Shown: one piece after another, positions 24,633 through 37,189 of the stretch
Position numbering within the stretch: position 1 is the stretch's first letter
Layout: the number at the start of each line of letters is the position of its first letter
Assembly: GCF_009834535.1 (NCBI RefSeq)
Contig: NC_045697.1
Coordinates: 44,208,001-44,272,000 of the forward strand
Length of the DNA: 64,000 bases
DNA from: Camelus ferus
Taxonomy: Eukaryota
Direction: 5' to 3'
The notes under the pieces: model-generated
Database searches by the model: none
Told to the model about the DNA's origin: nothing
Seen by the model: only the letters and a program-made list of their open reading frames with translations
Translations under genes and position numbers: made by a program

Positions 24633-25607
24633 TAGGGTGTATACTGCGAGGTCAAGGAGGCAAAGCTATTTCATTTATTGCACGAATATTTATGATGAGC
24701 CTACTGTATGCTTTGTGCTGTGCTTAGGTAGCTCTTTGTAAAGCCCTCGAGATGCAGTGGACACCAAACAGACTGGCCCCAGTTCTCATGAAGTTTGCAG
24801 ATGGTGAGGGAGACAAACAGAGATGGAGGGGAACACAGAAGTGCAGTGGGAGGAGGGGACGCAGATCTGGGCTCTTAGAGCAGAGATGCGGACCTAGACT
24901 GTTCTTCCATCAGGGGCCTCCGGGCTCTCCAGGCAAGATGCATTCTTTGGCATTTGCTGCAGAACTTGGGAGGAACTTTGTACCACAGAGCCCTTGGCAA
25001 ACAATTTTCACTTGTGCCTTAAACAGGCAGGTTAACACTGCACGTCAAATGGGCTTCTGACCCCTCCCTACCTGCTCACCCCTCAGACCTTTTCATCAGA
25101 CCTTCCCCCTCTTCCCCTTCTCTTACAGTGACATAATTTACTGTCTTTTGATCCCACAGCTTTTTTTTTTCTGCTACCAGCAGCTCTCTGGTGGCAGGCA
25201 GAATTAAAGCTGCACTTTCCGAGACTCACAAGGCTCTTCACAACTCCCGTGGATCTTTAAGAAGACTTTTCTGGAAGTAATTTTATTAGCCTCGAAGAAC
25301 ACTCTCACCCATTGTCCCCATCACGGTCTTGATCCTTTTGAAGTGTGCTTATTCACTTCTAACTTCAAATTTCTTTTTACCGCCTGTTGTGTATGTGACC
25401 CAGTAGTTCTAAACCAGACGTACTGCATATGATATTTCCTCACGTGTTGCGCCCATGGACTGGTGGGCACCTCTTCCCTGTCTCTAGCCTATGTGCTCAT
25501 CTGCTTTTAAATACTGAGAATGGGGAGGTGGGTCTCAGAGGCATCAGTGCAGGGGACCTGGCCCCTCCCAATGGTGGTCTCACACCAACTCTGACTCTCC
25601 GCCACCT

Positions 25608-25845
25608 TAGTAATGGTAATGGTAATTGTAATAGTAATTGTAATGGTAATAGTAATGGTAATGGCAATAGTAATGGTAATATGGTAATGGTAATAGTAAT
25701 GGTAATGGTAATAATAATGGTAATGGTAATAGTAAAGGTAATGGTAACAGTAATGGTAATGGTAATGGCAATGGTAATGGTAGTAGTAATGGTAATGGTA
25801 ATAGTAATGGTAACAGTAATAGTAATGGTAATGGCAATAGTAATG
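25608..25845. repeat. Hexamer tandem array (TAATGG/TAATAG)n, ~40 units
   Basis: Read directly, with variants TAATTG, CAATAG, TAAAGG, TAACAG and one 2-nt phase shift near 25681. Confidence 0.97.
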
Positions 25846-26085
25846 AAAGCAAACATTTTTTGCTGCTGATTATGTGCCATCTATTGAGCTGTGTACTTTA
25901 TGCACAATTCTTTGTCATCTTCACCATGATTGTATGAGGCAAATATTATTATTATTCCCACGTACAGATGAGGAAACCAAGGCTTTGTGGCGTTAACTTG
26001 CCACAGTTCACCGCTAAAGCATTAGAGCTGGGATTTGAACCCAGGAAGTCTGATTCTAGCGTCCTTACTCCTGGCCATCATACTT
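25846..26085 (-). mobile_element. MIR SINE
   Basis: 'gcaaacattt...tatgtgcca...attattccca..tacagatgaggaaacc...gagctgggatttgaacccaggaagtctgattc'. Confidence 0.8.
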
Positions 26086-26379
26086 ACTTTGCCTTCCTAA
26101 ATTAATACAAAGTATGCCTAGGGTGTAAACCCTGAAGTCATTTCAGATGAATAACTCCCAAATCAGCATGAGGCTAAAGTTGACCATTTTAAACAGAACA
26201 GAAGGCAGTTTTTAGTGACTTCTAGGCCAGTGATTCCACATATCTTAATATTGCAACTCTCCTTTAAACGTGAGTCTGTGGCAAAGTTAGATGACATAAA
26301 ATGAAACTATATTGTGTTGGCACCTGGGGCTATTTCTCTGAGTCTAGTATTATGGTGTGGCTTCTGCAAGATGGATGTG

Positions 26380-26571
26380 GGTTTTTAAAAAACTTTTACT
26401 GAAGTACAGTTGATTTACAATGTTGTATTTAGTTTCAAGTGTACAGCAAAGTGGCTCAGTTATACATATACATACATATTTATTCTTATTCAGATTCTTT
26501 TCCACTATACGTTATCACAATACTGAATATAGTTCCCTGTGCTATACAGTAGGTTCTTGTTGTTTATCTAT
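26380..26571 (-). mobile_element. Truncated lineage-specific L1 3' end with TSD
   Basis: L1 3'UTR. TSD aagatggatgtg at 26368-26379 and 26572-26583. Confidence 0.9.
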
Positions 26572-28049
26572 AAGATGGATGTGCTTTTGCAGTATGAAGA
26601 CACTCAGCAGTTTCTAAGAATGAAACATCACCCTTTTGACTCAGTTTGGATCGTTATTTTTTTGTTTATGTACATGCTTTGTTTCCTTAAATAAGACTGT
26701 AAGCTTCTTGAGAACAATATCCTTCAATGACTCACACGTCATAGTGAATAATACTTATTGATGGTGGTGGTAACAGCAGAAGCTACTGCTCTCTCCTCCC
26801 TGTGGCCTTTTCCACTGAAGAGTGTTGTTCTCTGAGTGCATGACCGCTGCCCCCTAACTCAGCCCAATTCTGCAGTGTCTAATGATAAATGTAGCACACT
26901 GAATTCCCTTTGTTTCTTCCCCTTTTGTTGTCTTCTTCCACTAACCTCTGTAAATTCACTTGTACTGTTTCTTGTGTCTCAGAGTTGTTTGGGACCCGCT
27001 CTCGGAAGGTCTGTACTCTATACTCTGTCCAATCATCTGCAGACTTAATAACATATTTTAAATTCCATTTTGCTGGGATAATAAAAATGCTTTGCAACTT
27101 TTTTGCCCATGTACCTCAGGGATTACAGATGTGTTAATTCTCAGACAGGCAGGTGTTACCATTATGGTACCATAAATATCATTAATGCCATTGCCCATGG
27201 ATTATTTAAACTTAAATTTCTAATCCTGGCATCTTTGGCCTGGCAATTGGAAGTACCCACAGCTGAATTTGATGTCCGTATCTAGCTGATCCTCAATAAA
27301 GGGGGTATGTGTGGAAATAATGGTTCATTTTTGTGTTCTCTCACCCCACCTCTCTCCCCTATGCCCTATGTTTATTAGCTCTGAGGCCTAAGCCTGGTTG
27401 ATTCTTCCTTGGGCAAGTGTATTCCTTCTGGTTTCTGGACAGTGGATGGGCCCCGCTCATCTTTTCCTTTCCCCTAGTTTGACTCCGTCTAAATTCTGGT
27501 TCCTATTTAAGACCTTGGAAATTAAATTCTTCTCTTTTAGGTTAAAATTGGGCTCAAGAAACTGATTAAATTCTTCCCAATCCTAAATCCTTGGCTCTTT
27601 TGTGGGGTTACTTCTTCATGCAGCAACATGAGCCAAGGCTCCCACTCAAATCCCCAAGTAATTCATTTTTCTCCCCAGCAGTAATCTTCCTGCCTTCTGC
27701 AATTTATTGAATTCATCCTTTTTGAGATTGATTCTACCATGATCTCAAACACCAGCTTTTCCTTTCTCTCTTCCCGATTCCATAGGCCTGAGCTCAAACC
27801 TTCCAGCTCAAACCTTCCTTACTTTACCCTGCTTCTCCACACTTTTGCCCTCAGCAGTGTCTTGTTTTCTCCGTGTACTGGGGGCAAGAATGCATTGCCA
27901 TGGGAAATGCCCTTATAGAGAGGGGTCCAAAGACAGTTGGCCAAATGACACATTGCTGGCTGGCCTGATCCAGTGATTATCCATCCGTATGTAATGTTTG
28001 CCATTGTAGGCAGTTTTGCAAGGGCTGACGTAACAACGTCTCTGTGGAC

Positions 28050-28495
28050 ATTTATTCTGTGCCAACCACGATGTTGGATACGTGGATAAACATCTCATTT
28101 AATGGTCACAAAATCCGGTGAGGAAGCTACTGTTATCACCCCCATTTTACATCCAAGGAAATTACATGAGATTTGGAGAAGTTAAATAGCTTAGAAGTGG
28201 GACAGCTGGAATTTAGACCCCTTGGGTCTAGTTCTGAAACCCTTGTAGCAGTGTCAAGTGAAAGGCTTGAGCTTGGGAGTCGAGGAGTCTCCGTTTGAAT
28301 GCTGGCTCGGACATTTACTAGCAGTGAGACTCAGGCAGTCCCTTACCTTCTAAGTGCCGGTTTCCTTACGTGTCATTGCAATTACCATCCTCTGTCTGTC
28401 AGAGTCGTTGTGAAAAGTATGATTAACAGTTGTAAGTGCTTAGCACTAGGCTTGGCACGTAATAAGTACTCAGTTTATGGGAAATGTTACAATTA
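28050..28495. mobile_element. Two MIR SINEs head-to-head (- then +)
   Basis: 'gttatcacccccattttaca' (minus) and 'ttactagcagtgagactcaggc...gtaagtgcttagcactaggcttggcacgtaataagtactca' (plus). Confidence 0.7.
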
Positions 28496-29179
28496 TTCTT
28501 ACTTCTGCTTGAACACTATTAAATCTCCCTCGTTTACTCTATCATATCTTCTCCAAAGATATGTTTCCATCCTGAAAACATGTTTTAGTCTCTTGCCTCT
28601 ACCTTATCAATCACCCTCTAGTTGTCCAGATTTTCATAGGATATGGAAAAATACATGAAAGAAGGACCTGTGGTATGAGGTGGAATAATCAATTGATACA
28701 GCTGATAGTCTTAAAAACTGAGATGAGATCCTGACTGATCTGAGGAGAGGAAATTCAAGTTCAAGCTTAAATTTAAGCTTGATGATCCATTCTAGTGCCT
28801 CAAAATATGTCATTATGGTCTCAGATGAAAGCCGAAAGGAAAGAAAAAAGGCAAAGTATACACCAGAGAATGACAGTTCTCTCCAGGGAAGATATTTACA
28901 GCATCTCATCCCAGCAAAACCACTTTCATCTTGACTCCTCAGGTCGCAGGTGCTTTAGTCTGGTCATCTGGGGTGTCCTTTTGGAAAGTTTCCTCTGGTT
29001 CTCATTTTCCTGCCATCTGGTATTACTTCCATAATTTTCTGATTCAGATACAATGGAAGCCACTCTGTGCCCTGATTTGTCTTACATACTGCTCAGCACA
29101 GCTAACTCCCAAGTGTCATAGGAACTCCATTCTGGTATCTCTGGGCTGGGCAATAGTTTCACAAAGCAATTCTTACTAA

Positions 29180-29425
29180 TAATGAAAACTCATACAGTAC
29201 TTATTGTGAGCCAGGCACGGTTCTCTGCCCTTTATAGGTATTAAGTCATTTAATTTTCACAACAACCTTAGGAGGTTGGTACCGTTATCATTCGCATTTT
29301 GAATACAAAGACACGAAAGCATAGATTCAGTGATTTGCCCAAGGTGGTATACTTGGTATCTGGCCAAGCCAAGATTTGATCCTACGTAGGCTGCATTTAG
29401 TGCCTGTCCTCTTCACCACCTCTCT
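29180..29425 (-). mobile_element. MIR SINE
   Basis: 'cttattgtgagccaggcac...catttaattttcacaacaacctt...gatttgcccaagg...gatttgatcc'. Confidence 0.75.
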
Positions 29426-30787
29426 TTACTGCCTCTTACCTCCCTCCATTACATGCAGTACTCTTGATAGCTTCTATTCTACTCTGTATTCTATTTTTAT
29501 TATTTTAAATGTTGTCTGGATGTGACTTGTGAAGTGATTTCACAGCTCTAATGGGTACTGACCAAAGTTTGAAAACCATTGGCTAGACCTTCTCTAGCCT
29601 AAACATTCCATTCATGTCTTTCCTTGTTCGGATGCCATGTGCACCCAGTAACCCAGTGCTTAGGATTTGGCCTCCGTAGAGGTCTGTCTGCAGGGAAAGA
29701 ATTCATTGGTTTATGTAGATGTCGTGTATCCTCTCAAATTCGTAAGCTGTCTGGCTTACGCTGTGAGGCTGGATAATGTGAATCTGCCCCCAAGAAATGG
29801 GTTTTTGAGACATGGAGTCACCGAACCAGACTTCAGTGCCAGGGAGGCTGAGGGCTGTGCCCTGGACCTTGACAAAATCTTCAAGGTATGCCCCGTGATG
29901 TCTTTTGTAGGACAGCCTGCAAGATTTCTTCCTGGGGTGGTGATTCCCAGCATCGAGGAGGGCCTGCAGGGGCGTGATTTTAGCTTACGAGGCACTGAGC
30001 ATCATTTGTTCCACAGTCAGAAACAGAGCTCTGCGCCCTGGTTCTTCATCTAATATGTGTCCTCATTGACTCACATATCTTTTCACAGAAAAGAAATTGA
30101 TGCTTTCCCACCTCAGCTTTATTATGCAACATGAATAAATGCAGCACATAGCCTGCAAATAATTGATTGAAATGCGATCCCCCTTCCCTCTCGCTCCAGC
30201 CAGTCTCTCTTGGAAGATGGTATCCAGTGGGGCCAGGTCTGCATGTATTATGCATCTCTGTGATTATGCATTAAATTCTGGAGAACTAGCAAGTGATACC
30301 TGAATTCTTCAAGCATGTTTGGTTATGCTAAATAATTGATTGCATCTTTTATTTATAAAAATTTCCTTGCTGGAAGTTCAGATATAGGTTCTGCCAACCC
30401 ATTTTCTCTATTAGATTTCAACTTCCCGGCATGAAGTCCAAAAACTCACCTACAGATTTCAGTCTTTGAAAGCTCTTAGGCAGGTAGCCAGGATGAAGTC
30501 TTGCATTCTAGACAAGTCAGCCTGACCTGAAGCTAAGAGACACTTGTCCTGACCTCTTCCCACGGTCATGGGGATAAAGCCTGCCAAGGCCTTCAGCACC
30601 TCCCCAGGAAATAGGGGAAAGCTATTTCCAAGTTCACAGCCTCAGTAGCTGCCGTGTTGTAAATGATGAGGAGCAGACAGGGACTTTCTGGATCTGGAGA
30701 AGTGTAATCATGCGATGAGATAAGTTATAAGATCACCTAGTTTGTATGAGTGGGAGGATAATGTGAGCAAAGAGAAGCACAGGTAGT

Positions 30788-30916
30788 GGAGTCTGGACTA
30801 TAGCTTAGTGGTAGAGGGCGTGCTCGGTGTGCACAAGGTCCTGGGTTCAATCCCCAGTATTTCCATTAAGTGAGGAGGGAACAAAAAGTAAAAATAAATC
30901 ATATGTATTTAAAAAA
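30788..30916 (+). mobile_element. tRNA-Ala-derived SINE (Vic-1-like, diverged)
   Basis: 'tatagcttagtggtagagggcgtgctcggtgtgcacaaggtcctgggttcaatccccagta' plus A-rich tail. Confidence 0.85.
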
Positions 30917-32224
30917 GAGAGAGAAATATGGGTAACTGTCTAGGGGAAAAGAGAGTTGCACAAAGAGGATTTCTTTTTGTCTTAGAAAGTATATTCTGTA
31001 GAAATGGTAAATAGAGTAAATGTAACTAGCATGTCCAACAAACACAGCAATGCAGTCGAAATAATACTCTTCTTCCCCCTGTTGCCCATTAAGGTTTTAC
31101 TGAATAAGGGACGACTGATGTGAAAACTCAGCAGGCCTGTGACTTTTCAACTCGTTCTTAGGAAATAGTCCTTGCATCAGAGTTGCACTCTGTCAATTCA
31201 GAAATTAGGATGTTCAGCCCAAGGTGACAATTAAACCTTTGTACTTGATTTATTGTCAACCCTCCTTCCCTTCTCAAGTCTCAGGCTGGGGATCTCCTGT
31301 GGGAAAGGTTAGTGGATAAAGGGCAGCTTCTGTGGTCTCCACCTTAGGCTTTTAGGCCTTTTTCCTCCCTGCAATTCTCAGTTTGCTGGCTAGTTTCTGA
31401 ATCGCCCAGGACTGGGTGTGCAGGTAGGGAGTTGGGGACAAGGGAATCAGAAAGATAGGTTCCCACTCTCTGAGCCGGGCCAGTGTTTGACGTGGCCCCT
31501 TTCACTTGGGCATTGCGGTGGGATTTTCAGAAACCTCCCCGTGTTGGCCATCTCTCTCCCACACTTCTCCAGGCAGAGGATGGGACATCTTTATTCTGGA
31601 AGATACCTTGAGATTTCTTTCGAAGACTCTACCAATCCAGTGCACACCTCCTGTTTCTTGCTGCTGAATCCTATGAGATTCATGAGACAGGATCCAAGCT
31701 GACTCCACCCCAGCTGTGTCTTCTGAGTGACCACATTCGGTCCACAAGGCATAGTTTACCCAGGAAACCCCACAGGAGCATCCATCCTACTGCCACAGCC
31801 CACTCTGGGTGCCGAAGGCGCGAAGCCAGGACCCCTTATGTGTGCTGTTTCCCAGCTGTACTTCACAGTTCTCCAGGTGGTCCACATAATCCCCCTTCAC
31901 TGGGCTTGAGATGAATGGGGTACAGCCTTCTCCCCCCTTTCCTTGGGGGTGTTAGGGGGAACACACAGTGCATTAACAGTTCTTTCCAAAAAAGCTCTTC
32001 ACCTCTCTCTTCTCCCTTCCTTTTATATCCTTAATCGGAATGAGGCATCCAAGAATGATGGAGCCATGTCTTGATAATTTCCTGTGTGAATTCTGTGTAA
32101 GTGGGTTTCTTTCGCATTCATGTGGGTATCAGGTATCTATCTATCGGTACCTCTTTCCAAATAGAGGCAGAAAGACTCCCATTCTAGTATCTTATTACAT
32201 AAACAATAGAAAAAAGGGGAGAAG

Positions 32225-32630
32225 TGTACATTTCAGTTATCTATTACTGCCTAACACCCCGAAACTTAGTGGCTTAAAATAACAGCGATATATCCTTTCT
32301 CCTCATCCCAGGGGTTGGCTGGGCTGCTTCTCTGCTGGCTTCACCTGGGCTGGCTGCTGCAGCTGCGCACTTACATGGCTGGCCCTTGGCTCTGACTGTT
32401 GGCTGGGCGTCTCAGGTCTCTTTCTCAGGGCTTTTCACTCTCTGGTAGGCTAAACCAGCATCTGTTCATGGTGATCTGGGCAGCATTTCAAGAGACCTAA
32501 GCAGAAATGGTAAGGCCTCTTGAGGCCTGGGCTCTGGAAGTCACACGGTGTCACCATTGTACACATGCCCAAAGCATAATCACAAGCCCAGCCTAGATTC
32601 AAGAGGTGGGGAAAAGACTCTGCCTTTAGC
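32225..32630 (-). mobile_element. ERVL-MaLR LTR (MLT1H-like)
   Basis: 'cagttatctattactgcctaacaccccgaaacttagtggcttaaaataac...aaggcctcttgaggcctgggctctggaagtcaca...cacaagcccagcctagattcaag'. Confidence 0.75.
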
Positions 32631-35597
32631 ATGTCCAGATTTCCCCTCTCGTCAGTTCACTATGGAGAATTCCACCTCTGCCAGCTTTGGTTCTAGACTT
32701 TCTCTGAGCACATTTGGAGTAAAGGATTAGGGGAAGAATTAAAATGAATCTATATTGGTTTTATTTGGCTTCCATTTGGAAGAGTAGAAAGGAAGAGAAA
32801 AGACTGGGAGAAGGGGAGATAGAGCAGAGCCCACCGTGATGGGCTTTGGGGACACATTCCCAGAGGGAAAGGACCACAGGATGGGCACTGTGAGCCCTGG
32901 GTTTAGAGAACAGGCCAGACTGGTTCTTCTGTTCATGAAAGCATGAGCAGGTCAATATCCTTGTGTAAACTGGGGGAGTGAGACCTTCTGGAGCCTACTG
33001 TGAAAATGGACTTCATCACAGATTGGATCCTCTTGGGGCCTGGCTTCAGTGGACACAGTGGGATGGTCTCCCGACGCTGACTCCCTAATACCCAAACCCT
33101 GCCCTGATGCCCTCTCCTTCTACCTGCCCCTTGGATACGCACCTGCCCTCCCGTCCTTTCTCTCCTCTGACCTGGTGCTTGCAGGGAAGGTGAGCAACAC
33201 TGAGGAGGGGTGTGGGGTTCTGGCAAAACAGCCCATCATCAGCTGTGGGGTTTGGGGAAGAGGTGAGTAGAAGAAGCAAGGGGACTGAGGGCTGATCATT
33301 CCATTGCTCTGCTCTGCTGTGGGCTGCAGATTCAAGGGTCAGGGTTTGTCGTTGTAAGAACTGTTTCTGAAGCTTTTAGAAATGGTTTAAAATGGTGTTT
33401 TAAAAATATGCAACCACTTAAGGTGTGTTTATCTAGCATCTAAGTTGAAAACGCCTGTGTTCCCCATCAGATTCCCCCAGGAACAGGAGGAAGGGAGTGG
33501 AGGCTGGAGACCTTGGAGGGGTAGATGAGAAATGAAGTGCCCGGGGCTTGTTTTCAGCCTGGCGGGGCGAGCAGGATCAGATAGCGGAGTACTGAGGCTG
33601 ATAAGCACCCTTAGGGGGAAGCTCAGAACCTTTACTTGCCTGATATTTTGATCAAACACACAAAATCCATAGAATAATTTATTTTTCACTTTCAGAGAAT
33701 AGATGTATACCTACCTTGAAGAGAATATTTCTTGCTTTTAAAAAAAAAGCATTTTTAAAAATTATGGCTTTTCATTATCAGCAAGGCTGAGCACAAGCCT
33801 TTCCAGCTGTCCCTGACCTCCACTAAAATTATTCTCTAATCCTGTTGTCCCCTTTAAGACCTTTGCCCATGTGAATGCTAAGCACATTCCTTTCAGCAAA
33901 CACACAGCAGTATACACTTCAGAGCGGGGCCAGGGTGAATTGAGAGTGAGCCTGAATCACCTTCCCGTTTGCTGTCCTTTCCCACGGTCCCCACAGCTGG
34001 GTCACCTCTGCAGCAGGACCAGCCAGCTGAGCCGGTGACCTCGGCCTCACTGCCCAGAGGCTGCCAGCAGGGGGTGTTGTGTCTACACCTCCGGGCACCA
34101 GTGTGACGACACTACCAGGCTTCATAAATCGTTAGATTTTTAAAGCTGGAGGGGATGTTTCCTTTTGCCTATGAGGAACCTGTGGTCCAGAGAGGGGAGT
34201 TAGTGGTGAAATAGGGCTGAAATGCAGGTCTCCTGAATTCCATGCTGGGATTCCCACCCTCCCATCTTGCTCCTTCTCACGCTCTCTTCCCCAGCCCCTC
34301 TTGTGGTGTCAGATACTTGCCTGTTGAGAGGAAGGTGACTTGCTTGTGGAACTCTTGGTGAGGAACAGAAGATGGTCAGGTGCTTACTGCGATTTGCCTG
34401 GGAAGTCACAGTCTGGGGCTTTTTGTATTTTGCCTCCCAGGAACCATCAATTGGGAACTAGTAGGGATAAGATTGAAATGTATTTTTTTAAGAGTTAAAA
34501 ATAACACACTTGAGGAAAAAGGCCACAATTGATTACAAATCATCAAAAAGTGGCAATACTGTGAGAGGCAATATGTTACGTGTCAGTGCCCAGTTCTGTT
34601 ATTACTGAGCAGGTGATCTTGGCTATGTTTCTAAATTTCACTTCATCTCATCTGTACAATGGGGTAAAAGTGTTGGTGCAGATTCAATGAGTTAGGCATA
34701 TGCGGGGCTCACCTTAGGTGCTGGCCCCTTCTAAGCGGTAAGTGCCGACAACGGCGGCTCTTCGGCATCTGTAACGCGGAGCTGCAGGGTAGTTGTGTCT
34801 AGTCCAGTGGAGAAATGCCCCTTCTCCTCACCAGTTGGATATGTAGCTCTTCAGAGTAGGTTTTCTTTTTTTTTTTTAAACCATCTATCAGGAGCCCTTC
34901 CAGAGACCAAAGTTGTGGCTGGGAGTTAGCGAGGGTAAGGGAGTGGGGAGTGGGCATGGAGAGGTGGGAGGGGTGATACGTGGCTCTAAGTTTAGTCTGA
35001 GTTTGTGAGTAAGAAAGAATTGAGCAAGGGGGAAGGCGTGCTGGTGCCTCCTTCTCCAAGGGGGATCCCTCTTATAGGCAAGGGGGAAAAAAAGGCCAAG
35101 AAATGAACACTAGAGACTTTTTTTAAAAAGAGAAGTCTTTTGGCCATTTTTAATGAGATAATTTGTGTAATGTTTAGCATTTCTCATACAGTTCTTGGAT
35201 TTTGTTGTAGTTTTATAATTTTGGGTGATGCCTGCAAAAGGGAGATATATTTCTAGATAGTGGGTATTCTTTGAGCTAATTAAATTGACCTTGTGTCCAT
35301 TCTATCACACGTTTCAAATACTTAAATTAAAAAAAAAATTAAAAAAAAAAAGAAGAGACGAAGGAAGTCGCAAGGAAACGGTGACCCGAATCAGCACAGA
35401 TTGAAGGGCTCTGACCTTTCAAGATTTCAAGACCTTGCTGAGACATTGGGATGACATGAGGCCATGAAGGGGAGGGGCACAGAGTTCTCAGCAAAAAAAA
35501 CCCCATGTGATTGCTTAAGAAATGAAATAAGACTCTTGCACTTGGAAAGTTATGGATATGCCTGTGAGTGTGTGCACCTGGTGGAGGGTTTGAAATA

Positions 35598-35686
35598 TTT
35601 CAAGACCCTCCACCAACAAAAAGATTACAACTCCTGAAGGCTCAGATGATGGTTGGCATTTTTTAGCAATAAAATATTTTTTAATC
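35598..35686 (+). mobile_element. Tigger1-like TcMar DNA transposon fragment
   Basis: 'caagaccctccaccaacaaaaagattacaactcctgaaggctcagatgatggttggcattttttagcaataaaatattttt' matches the recalled Tigger1 3' region. Confidence 0.75.
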
Positions 35687-35696
35687 AAAAAAAAAT

Positions 35697-36417
35697 CTTG
35701 GTGCAGGCATTATGGAAAACAGTATGGAGATAACTTAAAAACCTAAAAATAGACTTATCATATGACCCAGCAGTCCCATTCCTGGGCATATATCTGGAGG
35801 AAACTCTAATTTGAAAAGATATATGCACCCCAGTTTTCACAGCAGCACTATTTACAATAGCCAAGACATGGAAACAGCCCAAATGTCCATCCACAGATGA
35901 CTAGAAAAAGAAGCTGTGGTATATATGTGTATATATATATATATACAGAGGGAGAGAGAGAGAGAGAGATGGAATGGAATACTACTCAGCCATAAGAAAG
36001 AATAAAATAATGCCATTTGCAGCAATGGGTGGACTGGAGATCATCATTCTAAGTGAAGTAAGCCAGAAAGAGAAGGAAAAATACCATATATCACTTACAT
36101 GTGGAAACTAAAAAAAAAAAAAAAGATATAATGAACTTATTTATAAAACAAAGAGACTTACAGACATAGAAAACAAACTTATGCTTACCAGAAGGGAAAG
36201 AGGATGGGAAGGGATAATTGGGAGTTTGAGATTTGCAGATACTAACTATATATATAAAACAGATAAACAACAAGTTTCTAGTATATAGCACAGGGAACTA
36301 TATGCAATATCTTGTAACCTATAATGAAAAGGAATATATATATATCTGTATGACTGAAACATTATGCTGTACACCAGAAATTATAACACTGTAAACTGAC
36401 CATACGTCAATAAAAAA
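35697..36417 (+). mobile_element. 5'-truncated lineage-specific L1 (ORF2 end plus 3'UTR)
   Basis: 'ggaaaacagtatggag...cacagcagcactatttacaatagccaagacatggaaaca...cacagggaactatatgcaatatc...tcaataaaaa', with internal (TA)n(GA)n. Confidence 0.9.
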
Positions 36418-36625
36418 TTTTAAATTGAGATATAATTAACATATAATATTGTATTAGTTTTAGGTGAACAGCGTAATGATTTGATCTACATCTGTGTTGC
36501 TAATCACCACAGCAAGTCTAGTTAACCTCCATCACCTCCCATAGTTACTTGTGATGAGAACTTTTAAGATCTACTCTCTGAGCAACTTCAAATATACGAT
36601 ATAGTGTTATTACCTATGATAACTT
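36418..36625 (-). mobile_element. Older L1 (L1MA-type) 3' end, tail-to-tail with the preceding L1
   Basis: 'ttgagatataattaacatataatattgtattagttttagg...gagaacttttaagatctactctctgagcaactt'. Confidence 0.75.
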
Positions 36626-37189
36626 TCAAATCCTTACGTTTTGTTTCAGTTTGTTTATTTTATCTTGTCTTGTCTATGACCTTGTTTGACCTTGTCCACA
36701 ACCCCAGTGTATCACTGATGACATCCTATCCCGTATGCCATTGATAATATAACATCTTGACTTTGGTTCCTTCAGTCTCTTTCCAGAGACTGACCCAGGA
36801 GTTGTAGAAGGCTTGGAGATCACAGTATATAAATGCTGTCTTATTGGAAAGGCACGATATATATAAATCAGAGGTGACCAGAAAGGCAAGCATGAAAATA
36901 GCACCCCTGATTTTTTTTTTCCCCAGTAGCACATGATACAGCATTGAGTAATTGCTGGGTATATTTGACAAATCGGGAGTACAGTTCATTAGGGAGCTGG
37001 GGGACTCAAAAATCAGGCTGCCTTCAGGAAAATTTATGAGGGGATTACTGTGTGCAGCCACCAGTAAACAGAGCGCCAGGAATCTGAGCTGAATTGATGA
37101 TCTTCCACCTGAGTGGGCCCTGTGTCCACTGAGCAAAACTTTCTTGAGTCAAAGTGACTTAGGGGGGAGATTGTGAGAAATAGGACAGA

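Noticed and set aside
25429..25880. ORFs of 146, 127 and 81 aa with poly-MV, poly-IT and poly-LP tracts
   Set aside because: Artefacts of the hexamer repeat lacking stops in some frames. No splice or promoter support.
29667..30053. 128-aa ORF with partly open antisense frames, possible processed pseudogene
   Set aside because: TTG start. None of the frames I translated resembles a known protein, and there is no poly-A or TSD. A BLASTX hit would reopen this.
35685..35894. ORF 'MDGHLGCFHVLAIVNSAA...' (also 47132-47314)
   Set aside because: Well-known antisense translation of the L1 ORF2 3' end, not a host gene.
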